A stretch of DNA of 64,000 nt from Tepidisphaera sp. (GTDB lineage: Bacteria > Planctomycetota > Phycisphaerae > Phycisphaerales > UBA1924). A program made the position numbers and the translations under genes. Shown piece by piece: positions 26,858-34,637 of the stretch. The stretch spans positions 3,424,001-3,488,000 of the forward strand of contig CP051526.1 of assembly GCA_050916045.1 (NCBI GenBank). Direction: 5' to 3'. Position 1 is the first letter of the stretch. Every line of letters begins with the position of its first letter. The notes below the pieces were generated by a model. The model was not told the DNA's origin. It ran no database searches and saw only the letters and a program-made list of their open reading frames with translations.

Positions 26858-26932
26858 GAGCGAGTGACATCAGTTGTAAATTTGGGTGATGAGGCAGGAT
26901 GAAGCCCGCCGGGTCGGTCGCGAGCGAAAGGC

Positions 26933-26983
26933 TCAGGCGACGAACGAGGCGGAGTTCAGGTTCATGGCGTGACGTACAGACAT
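26933..26983 (-). CDS. Putative leader peptide (16 aa, MSVRHAMNLNSASFVA)
   Basis: Strong SD AGAAAGGAG 7 nt before ATG, just downstream of the promoter. Confidence 0.6.
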   Translation of the reverse strand: MSVRHAMNLNSASFVA

Positions 26984-27021
26984 GGTCGAACTCCTTTCTG
27001 ACGCGGAGGGCGTCGGACCAA

Positions 27022-27050
27022 ATACTACCTCTTTCGCAGTCTCAATTCAA
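27022..27050 (-). promoter_or_regulatory. sigma70-type promoter for the leader/rbfA-like/rtcB unit
   Basis: TTGAAT-N17-TAGTAT in an AT-rich patch. Confidence 0.65.
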
Positions 27051-27056
27051 CGAAAA

Positions 27057-28385
27057 TCACGTGCCGTCTCGCTTTTTCTGCTCCCGGCGGACGTTCTCGA
27101 TCAGTTCCACGAGCGGCATGCGGATCTCGCCCGACCAGTATGAAGACGGGCCGACCGAACGCGCTGCGAGTCCGAGATCGCCTCGGACATGAACCCACAG
27201 GCGCTCGATCACCTCCGGCTTCCACTCGCACGTCTGCGGATCCATCGCTGCGGCGGTGAGCGTGCTCAGATCCGGCGGCCAATCAAGACCGCGACTCCCC
27301 CACCACTCAAGCCTGAACCTCGCGAGCACCTTGTCTCCGTCGACAACTTCGACGACGGTCGCTAGCACCGGTTCGGGGAGTTTGCCCGAGACGTATGTCG
27401 CACGATAGAGCGAATCGAAGATTTTCTGATCGTCAAAGTAGATCAAGAGCCAAGGATCGGTGTTTCGATCGGAAATCCCGACCCAGAGGGCCTCGGCGAT
27501 CAGCTTGTCTATGGCGGGTGAAGTGACCGCGGTCATGACATCCGCTTCTCGATCCGTCACATCGATGTCGATGGTGTGCTTCACGGTCCGACTCGTTCCC
27601 CAGCTGCCTGAGAGCGTCATCTCGAACTCGAAGGCGTGCCGACCGATGGACATCGCGGGGATCTCGACCTCCGACGCTACAGGAGGCGCGTCGTCATTCC
27701 AGTCTGGTTCGCGGGGGGGATCGTGAATGGAACGCGTGGGCCAGCTGTCGATCGCGGATCGAAGGTGAATCCCGCGTCCATCCGTCGAGCGAAGGTCGAC
27801 CTGCTTGGGGCCGACAAGCGGCCACTTGTCTCGTTCAGGGCTGAGTCGGATCGGCATTGAAACACCCGCGGGCCAGACGTTTCGGACACGCAACCAGCCA
27901 CGTATCTCCTCATCACTGGTTGCCGCAATCTCACGCCGCGCGATGATTGCTTCCTGCCACACCCACATCGACCGCGAACGCAACCAAGCCGCCTGCGCGA
28001 GTTCATGCCCGACTTTCGCTCGTTCGACCGGCGCGATGAAGACGAGGAGCGTCGTCGGGATCCAGCGGGTCCAGGCTTCTCGATTCCCGCCCATGCGCGA
28101 CGTTGCAAGACCGACGTACACGCCCATCAGCACCAGCAGCGAGCCGATCACCAGCCCCCGGCGGTACCGCCGAGTTCGGAAGAGCGCTCGCTCATCGCGA
28201 CCGACCTTTCCGCATTCAGGACACCCGAGCGTCGCGGCCGCAGACATGTCGTACCAGCACCGCGAGCAACGCCGACGTCCCTTGGATGGATCGCCACGCC
28301 ACGCGGCCGCGATGGTGATGAGGCCCGCGAGCCCCAGGGCAATCGTCACACCCAGCCACATGAGCATGTTCGCCTGAAGCGTCAT
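27057..28385 (-). CDS. Hypothetical membrane protein with Zn-ribbon motif
   Basis: TM helix, CSRCWYDM...CPECG, second TM helix, large soluble domain. Confidence 0.75.
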   Translation of the reverse strand: MTLQANMLMWLGVTIALGLAGLITIAAAWRGDPSKGRRRCSRCWYDMSAAATLGCPECGKVGRDERALFRTRRYRRGLVIGSLLVLMGVYVGLATSRMGGNREAWTRWIPTTLLVFIAPVERAKVGHELAQAAWLRSRSMWVWQEAIIARREIAATSDEEIRGWLRVRNVWPAGVSMPIRLSPERDKWPLVGPKQVDLRSTDGRGIHLRSAIDSWPTRSIHDPPREPDWNDDAPPVASEVEIPAMSIGRHAFEFEMTLSGSWGTSRTVKHTIDIDVTDREADVMTAVTSPAIDKLIAEALWVGISDRNTDPWLLIYFDDQKIFDSLYRATYVSGKLPEPVLATVVEVVDGDKVLARFRLEWWGSRGLDWPPDLSTLTAAAMDPQTCEWKPEVIERLWVHVRGDLGLAARSVGPSSYWSGEIRMPLVELIENVRREQKKRDGT

Positions 28386-28521
28386 CGGCCTGTTCCCCCT
28401 TTCCGGCTGCTCAGCGGTGCCTGCTTCCCCGAGTTCGATCCGTCAACCCGGCTCAGCATACCAAGCGAGCTCCGAAACGTTGCGAACAAAGCCCGAAGCC
28501 TCCCGGGCCACCCGAGCCGCC

Positions 28522-28550
28522 TTGACAGGGTCGCCCCCCTCGGTTACGCT
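28522..28550 (+). promoter_or_regulatory. sigma70 promoter of the cobalamin riboswitch operon
   Basis: TTGACA-N17-TACGCT. Confidence 0.7.
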
Positions 28551-28554
28551 GCTT

Positions 28555-28783
28555 TCGTTCAAGGTGCCCCGGCTCGCGAATGTCTTGCCGGGGCTGAAAA
28601 GGGAAGTGTGGTACGGAGCCGTGGAAAACACGGGTCCAAACCCACCGCGGACGCGCCGCCGTATTGGGTGCTGATGCGATTCCACGGATGACCGCAAGGT
28701 CATCCAGCCACTGACCGCCGCACTCTCGTGCGGGGTCGGGAAGGCGGAATCGCGGAGCCCAGAGCCGGAAGACCTGCCCTGAA
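28555..28783 (+). ncRNA. Cobalamin (B12) riboswitch
   Basis: Conserved elements in order: AAGGTGC, AAAAGGGAA..GGT, CGCCGCCGTA, GCCACTG, GGGAAGG, B12 box AGCCGGAAGACCTGCC; P1 ttcaagg/ccctgaa. Confidence 0.92.
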
Positions 28784-28976
28784 TGTCGCCGAAGCGAACT
28801 TCGGCGGCGTGCCTGTGCCCTCGCGGGCCCGCGACCACTGACGGTCTCGGGCAAGGGGCTAGCGGGATTCAGTCGCCGGTTCCCCTCGGCGATTTCCCAC
28901 TTTTCCTCGCGAGCGTGCCGGTCCTTCCTTACGGACGGGGCTTGTCCTGCGCGAAACGGGACAGGGAGTCGCGGCT

Positions 28977-29783
28977 TTGGGCCGCATGGGTTTGTGCATG
29001 CGTTTGTGCTTTGCATTGGGTTGGGTCGCCGTGGGCGGGCTGGCGTCGGCGGCTTCGGCGTCAAATCCGTGGGCGGATCGCGTGGTCAGCTACATCGCGG
29101 GCGATGGGGTCGGCGCGGGATATGACAACGCCGCCAACGCGCTGGGTTCGCCGACGCGGGTGAATTTCTTCGGGGACACGGTCACGCCGTTCAACACGCC
29201 GTACTGGGAGACGGACATCGTCACGGTCGGCCGGGGCGGTTCGCTCACGGTCGCGTTCGATGAAGCCGTCGCGGACGACGCGGCCAACCCCTTCGGCGTC
29301 GACCTCATCATCTTCGGCAATCAGTTCTTCATCACGGACGCTCAGGGCCGTGCGACCGGGCTTTTCGATGAGGGCGGCACGATCGAGCTTTCCGCCGACG
29401 GCGTGAACTGGACGGTGCTCACCGGTCTTTCGGCGGAGGGCGGGTTCGCGACCAACGGGTATGTCGACACGCTTGATCTTGAGTTCGGGTCGGATGTCGG
29501 GACGATCGCGACGGACTTCACCAAGCCCGTGGACCCGACTTTCGACCCCTTCGGGCTCACGCGGGCGCAGGTTGTCGCGGGGTACGACGGCTCGGGCGGG
29601 GGCCTGGGGATCGATCTTGCGGCGTGGGGTCTGAGTTCGATCAGCTATGTGCGGATCACGAACGCTCTGAACGCGTCCGGGACGCCGGACATCGATGGTT
29701 TCGCGGATGTGACCGCGGTGCCCGCTCCCGGAGCGGCCGCGTTCATGGTTGTCGGTCTGTGCGTGAGGAGGCGTCGCCGTTGA
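28977..29783 (+). CDS. Cell-surface protein with PEP-CTERM-like sorting signal (start TTG 28977 or ATG 28986/28998)
   Basis: Signal peptide; VTVGRGGSLTVAFD...DLIIFGNQF core; C-terminus VPAPG + hydrophobic + RRRRR. Confidence 0.8.
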   Translation: MGRMGLCMRLCFALGWVAVGGLASAASASNPWADRVVSYIAGDGVGAGYDNAANALGSPTRVNFFGDTVTPFNTPYWETDIVTVGRGGSLTVAFDEAVADDAANPFGVDLIIFGNQFFITDAQGRATGLFDEGGTIELSADGVNWTVLTGLSAEGGFATNGYVDTLDLEFGSDVGTIATDFTKPVDPTFDPFGLTRAQVVAGYDGSGGGLGIDLAAWGLSSISYVRITNALNASGTPDIDGFADVTAVPAPGAAAFMVVGLCVRRRRR

Positions 29784-29806
29784 AGAACGAGCGTCTCCAT
29801 CGCGAG

Positions 29807-31519
29807 ATGAGTCAGCTGCCCCCCGGCGTGGGGGTGAGGAGATCGGTTGCCCCTGCGGATTCGCCCCGCTGGTGGAAGAGAGATTGCCGATCAGTGTGCC
29901 GAGCCGTTTGGTCACCACTCCTTGCCCCCACGTCGGCGGCGGCCGCGCTCGCGCTGTGCGCGAGCGCTTCCGCACAGCTCGCTTCGCTCCCGCGCTCGGT
30001 CTGGACGCACCTGGCTTCGACCTCCGACCGCTCGTCCATCTCAAGCGGCGGGACCCTCGCGCTCACGTCTCCTGCATGGGTCGCGTCGAACGATGTCGAC
30101 GGCAAGCCCATCGCGTTCCTGGGACAGTCCTCCCCGGTCGTGACCCGGGACCTTGTGTTCGCCGTCGGCACCATCGACTTCGGCTCGACGGCGTTCCTGT
30201 TCGCGATCGATCGACGAAGCGGCAAGGTCGAGTGGCAAGCTGAGGTGGATCTTCCGGTCGATTCCGGATACGCGACACCCGCGATCGCCGAACGTGAAAG
30301 CACGGTCATCGTGGCGACGGGCACGACCGTTCGCGCGTTCGATCTCTCCACGGGCTCCCCGCGCTGGTGCTGCCCGCTCGGCGTCGACCTGACCAACTCC
30401 TCACCGGTGGTGACGCAGGACTTGTGGGGCGCCAACCGGGTCTTCATCGCGGATGCGGATCCCCTCGGCGTTTCGGGGAAGCTGTACTGCATCAACATCT
30501 CCTCGAAGCTTCCGCCGCGAAACCCCTACGAGCCGGGCGAACTCGTCTGGGCGGTTGAGATCGGCGGCACCTCCGGCAACACGCCGGCGTACGCACGCGG
30601 CCGCGTCTACATCAGCGGGGTCGGCGACTACTTCGCGTTCCCGCCCGTGCCCGCACCGATCCTGTGCTTTGACGCCAGAGCCACCTGCGAGCCCGAACCG
30701 CTCTGGACCTACACCAACACCATCGACCCCGATGCACGCTTCTTCGGCGGCTTGTCGGTCTCCGGCTCAGCCATCTACGCCGCAAGCTACGACTTTGTCG
30801 GCGTTTCCGGCACCTTCAACAACTCCAACCTCGTGAAGCTCGACGCCGACACGGGTGCGCTCATCTGGTCGATCGCGTGCAACCGCACCAACGCGATTCC
30901 AGTCGTGCTCCCACCCAAGCCAGGCCGGACGTTTCCTCGGCTTCTGCTTTCCGCCGGCCTGCGTGATTTTTCCGGCACCATCGCCGCGCTGCAGCTTTAC
31001 GAAGACCGTGGCGCCTCCGCGGCCCGCGTGTGGGATTCGGCGGTCGACACTTGGACCGACCTGGACCACGACGGCCGGCGCGATCCGGGCGAGTATTTCG
31101 ATGCCGGTGCCTGGACGGTGCAGCCCGCCGTCTCTCGCGGCCTTGGCCCGCTGACCGCGTTTGTGGGCACGATTCCCTTCGGCGGCAACAACTCGACCTT
31201 CCCCGCGTGCATCCGGCTTTCCGCGATCAACCTCGACGCCCTGCCCGCTTCCTCGGGGTTCATCCGCCAGCAGTTCCAGGGCGCGGGAAGCTCGCCCGCG
31301 CTCGCCGACGCCAACGTCTACACGATCGGGGCGTCGGGGCTCTTTGCTTTCGGCCCGCTCCCGTACCAGTACGACGTGGATAGCGACGGGCTCGTCAGCA
31401 TGGAAGACCTGATCGCGTGGGAGCAGGGCACGGGCCGTTTGGACGTCAACCTCGACGGGAAAGTCACCGCCGTCGACCGAACCGAACTCATCCTCGAAGT
31501 GCGCCGGGAGGAATGGTGA
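29807..31519 (+). CDS. Secreted PQQ/BamB-like beta-propeller protein with C-terminal dockerin-like domain (start uncertain, 29780-29894)
   Basis: AIDRRSGKVEW, AFDLSTGSPRW, KLDADTGALIW, SSP repeats; DVDSDG...DVNLDG. Confidence 0.75.
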   Translation: MSQLPPGVGVRRSVAPADSPRWWKRDCRSVCRAVWSPLLAPTSAAAALALCASASAQLASLPRSVWTHLASTSDRSSISSGGTLALTSPAWVASNDVDGKPIAFLGQSSPVVTRDLVFAVGTIDFGSTAFLFAIDRRSGKVEWQAEVDLPVDSGYATPAIAERESTVIVATGTTVRAFDLSTGSPRWCCPLGVDLTNSSPVVTQDLWGANRVFIADADPLGVSGKLYCINISSKLPPRNPYEPGELVWAVEIGGTSGNTPAYARGRVYISGVGDYFAFPPVPAPILCFDARATCEPEPLWTYTNTIDPDARFFGGLSVSGSAIYAASYDFVGVSGTFNNSNLVKLDADTGALIWSIACNRTNAIPVVLPPKPGRTFPRLLLSAGLRDFSGTIAALQLYEDRGASAARVWDSAVDTWTDLDHDGRRDPGEYFDAGAWTVQPAVSRGLGPLTAFVGTIPFGGNNSTFPACIRLSAINLDALPASSGFIRQQFQGAGSSPALADANVYTIGASGLFAFGPLPYQYDVDSDGLVSMEDLIAWEQGTGRLDVNLDGKVTAVDRTELILEVRREEW

Positions 31520-32367
31520 TCCGGCACGCCGTAAAGCCCAGTTCCGCCCGCCGCGCCTTCTCGCTCGTCGAGCTCCTCGTCTGCATCGGCGTGATCTCGG
31601 TGCTCTTGGCGCTGCTGGTGCCCGCGCTCGCCCGGGCTCGCGACTCCGCTCGCCTGGTCCTCTGCGGGTCGTATCTGCACCAGCTCGGCCTGGCGTGGAC
31701 GATGTACGCGAATGACTCCAAAGACCGCGTGATGCCGCTGGCGTACACCTCGCCGGAGGACACCAACGACGGTCCCGCGATCTACTGGTTCGGCGAAGAG
31801 GGCTCTTCCGACCGGCCCGTCAACCACGCCAAGGGCTTCATCGCTCCATACATGGACGCTTCCCTCGGCGAACGCTCCGTCTACGAGTGTCCCTCCCAGC
31901 CGTGGGGCACCTACGCCCCGCAGGGCGCCTCGCGCGAACCCACGACCACCTACGGCTACAACGGGTACTACCTCTCGCCAAGCCGCACGCCCGGCTGGTC
32001 CGCGAGCATCGGCCACCGCCCGTGGCGCCGCATCTTCGAGATCGCCCGTCCAGCCGAGCTTCTGGTCTTTTCCGACTCCATGCTGCCCGGAAGCAACGCT
32101 CCGGGCTCGCTCCCGCGGAGCTCATGCCTGCTCGATCCGCCCATGCTTTACGACGGCGGCCGCTGGTCCGTGAACCCCTCCCCCACGACTTCCTTCCGCC
32201 ACTCCGCCCCGCGCGGAAAGCCCGGCGTCAACGCTTCCTTCCGCGCCGACGGAAGCGTGCAGAGCAAACGCGGCGAAGCTCAGCACATGGCCCGCAACTG
32301 GCCCACCATCGGTTCCGTGCAATCCCAGCCCGGCTGGCCCTACATCCCCGACTGGGAACAGTGGTGA
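31513..32367 (+). CDS. Prepilin-type N-terminal cleavage/methylation protein (DUF1559-like)
   Basis: RRAFSLVELLVCIGVISVLLALLVPAL.RAR, C...L.QLG.A..MY, YGYN, FRH...NASFRADG. Confidence 0.88.
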   Translation: MVIRHAVKPSSARRAFSLVELLVCIGVISVLLALLVPALARARDSARLVLCGSYLHQLGLAWTMYANDSKDRVMPLAYTSPEDTNDGPAIYWFGEEGSSDRPVNHAKGFIAPYMDASLGERSVYECPSQPWGTYAPQGASREPTTTYGYNGYYLSPSRTPGWSASIGHRPWRRIFEIARPAELLVFSDSMLPGSNAPGSLPRSSCLLDPPMLYDGGRWSVNPSPTTSFRHSAPRGKPGVNASFRADGSVQSKRGEAQHMARNWPTIGSVQSQPGWPYIPDWEQW

Positions 32368-32389
32368 ACCTTCACCGCGGAGCCGAACG

Positions 32390-32674
32390 ATGGCCGTGAC
32401 CCGATGCGTCTGCCGCGAAGTCTCCTTCACCGTCGTCGCTCGCGCCGCGCAAACCCTCCGTGACGCGGGACACCCCATCACGCTCGATGCGATCGCTGAT
32501 CTCACCACCGCCGGCACCGGCTGCGGCACGTGCAAGCCTTACCTCGCCCGGGCCGCACTCACCGGACAGACCATCCTCCCCGTCATGGGAGGTGCCGAGT
32601 GCACCGCGTGGATCGGCCGCCTCGAGGAACCCGCGCGATCGGTCCGCGCCGAATCCGGTAACATCCCGGGATGA
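32390..32674 (+). CDS. BFD-like (2Fe-2S)-binding protein
   Basis: CVC...AGTGCGTC. Confidence 0.8.
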   Translation: MAVTRCVCREVSFTVVARAAQTLRDAGHPITLDAIADLTTAGTGCGTCKPYLARAALTGQTILPVMGGAECTAWIGRLEEPARSVRAESGNIPG

Positions 32675-33837
32675 TCACGCCGATGATGGTTCTTGCGATG
32701 CTGGCCGCTTCCGCATCTCCTCCGCTGATCCGGCTCGACCTCGCCCAGGACGGTCGGGCCATCGTCGTCGACCGCGAGGCAAAGCAGTACCTCGGCCACG
32801 TCTCCACCGTCATGCTCGAAGACGGAAAGACCATCCTCGCGGTCTATCCCAAGGGCCACGGCGGCGGCGAGATCGTGCTCAAGCGATCCACCGATGCCGG
32901 GCTCACGTGGAGCGATCGCCTCCCGACGCCCTCCTCATGGGCCACCAGCAAGGAGTGCCCCTCGATCCATCGCACCGTCGACGCCAAGGGCGTCAAGCGG
33001 CTCATCCTCTGGACCGGCTTGTTCCCCGCGAGATTCTCGATCAGCGAAGATGACGGCACAACGTGGTCCGAGCTCGCCTCCGCGACGCCCCCCGGCGAGA
33101 CCGAGTGGGGCGGCATCGTCGTGATGAGCGCTGTGGATCGCACAGGCCAACCCGGCGAGTACACCGCGTGGTTCCACGATGACGGCCGCTTTTTCCGCAA
33201 GAACGGGAAGGTGACGCCAACCTTCACGCTCTTCCAGACCCGCTCGACCGACGGCGGCCTGAACTGGGCGGCTCCGGAACCGATCTTCGCAAGCAACAAA
33301 GTCTCTCTCTGCGAGCCCGGCGTGATCCGATCCCCCGACGGCAAGCAGCTCGCAGTGCTCCTCCGCGAAGAATCCCGCCGCAAACGCTCCCACATCATGT
33401 TCAGCGACGATGAGGGCCGCACGTGGTCCGCCCCGAAAGAGCTCCCGCTCGCACTCACCGGAGACAAGCACACCCTCAGGTACGCCAAAGATGGCCGTCT
33501 TCTTGTCTCCTTCCGCGACCACACGGTCAAAGGGAGCATTACAGGAGACACTGACCCCGCCACCATACCCGGAGCAAGCCCAACCGAAGGAGATTGGATG
33601 CTTTGGGTCGGTACCTACCAGGATCTCGTCTCCGGCGGCGACGGCCAGATGATCGTCCGGCTCATGGACAACACCAAAGCATGGGACTGCGCCTATCCCG
33701 GGCTCGAAGTCGCGGCTGACGGAACCATCGTCGCCACCACCTACGGCCACTGGGATCGCGGCAAGCCGCCCTTCATCGCTTGTGTGCGACTCACCACCGA
33801 CGAGCTCGACAAGCTCGCGAAGAACCAGCCCCGCTAG
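32671..33837 (+). CDS. Secreted BNR/Asp-box (sialidase-like) protein
   Basis: STDAGLTW, SEDDGTTW, STDGGLNW, SDDEGRTW; CEP; DCAYP. Confidence 0.85.
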   Translation: MITPMMVLAMLAASASPPLIRLDLAQDGRAIVVDREAKQYLGHVSTVMLEDGKTILAVYPKGHGGGEIVLKRSTDAGLTWSDRLPTPSSWATSKECPSIHRTVDAKGVKRLILWTGLFPARFSISEDDGTTWSELASATPPGETEWGGIVVMSAVDRTGQPGEYTAWFHDDGRFFRKNGKVTPTFTLFQTRSTDGGLNWAAPEPIFASNKVSLCEPGVIRSPDGKQLAVLLREESRRKRSHIMFSDDEGRTWSAPKELPLALTGDKHTLRYAKDGRLLVSFRDHTVKGSITGDTDPATIPGASPTEGDWMLWVGTYQDLVSGGDGQMIVRLMDNTKAWDCAYPGLEVAADGTIVATTYGHWDRGKPPFIACVRLTTDELDKLAKNQPR

Positions 33838-33840
33838 CCG

Positions 33841-34587
33841 TCACGAAAGCTCGGCCGTGAGCAGATCACCCGCGCCAAGCCGATCCGGCAACGCCGCGAA
33901 CGGCCGCGCCTCCTCGATCGCAAACCTCCCGACCCTCGTCCGCCGAAGCCCGGTGAGATATCCACCCACGCCCAGCGCCCGACCCAGATCGCGAGCCAGC
34001 GACCGAATGTACACGCCCTTCCCGCTCGTGACATGAAGCGTCAGCACAGGTGCTTCGTAAGACACAATCCTGATCGCTTCGATCCGCACCGACCTCATGC
34101 CAAGCAGCGCCGAGCTTGAATCAAGCTTCCCCCGCCGAGCAAGGTCGTACGCCCTCACGCCGCCGATATGCACCGCCGAGAACGCCGGCGGAGCCTGCTG
34201 AATATCCCCGATGAAGCGCGGGATCACGCTTTCGATCGCTCCGCGCGTCGGCGCGGCAAACCCCTCCACGCCCGTCACCGGCCCCTCCGCGTCGTCCGTC
34301 GCGCTCACTCCCGACAGGTCGATCGTCGCGAGGTACTCCTTCTCGCCCACCATGACCTTGTCGCAAAGCCGCGTCGCCCTCCCGACAAGCACCACGAGCA
34401 CACCCGTCGCCAGCGGATCAAGCGTCCCGCCGTGCCCCACCTTCAGCCGCTTGGGAGCCCCTCCCTGCTTGAAAAGCCAGCGGATCCGCGAGCAGACCTG
34501 CATCGACGTCGGCCCCAACGGCTTGTCGATGATCATGATGCCGCTCGGTGGTTCCTGGACTGGTTGCGTCACCACCGATTGTTGCAC
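33841..34587 (-). CDS. truB: tRNA pseudouridine(55) synthase
   Basis: IDKP.G.TS, KVGHGGTLDPLATGVL, PPAFSA, GVYIRSLARDLG. Confidence 0.95.
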   Translation of the reverse strand: MQQSVVTQPVQEPPSGIMIIDKPLGPTSMQVCSRIRWLFKQGGAPKRLKVGHGGTLDPLATGVLVVLVGRATRLCDKVMVGEKEYLATIDLSGVSATDDAEGPVTGVEGFAAPTRGAIESVIPRFIGDIQQAPPAFSAVHIGGVRAYDLARRGKLDSSSALLGMRSVRIEAIRIVSYEAPVLTLHVTSGKGVYIRSLARDLGRALGVGGYLTGLRRTRVGRFAIEEARPFAALPDRLGAGDLLTAELS

Positions 34588-34637
34588 AGCGCAAGCCCCG
34601 CCGTGAGTGCTCGCTCTGAGGGAGTACCATCGCCCGC

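Noticed and set aside
32390..33837. BFD-like and sialidase-like genes as part of the B12 operon
   Set aside because: They are adjacent and co-oriented, but the sialidase-like gene has its own TAACAT box and neither has an evident B12 link. Left unassigned.
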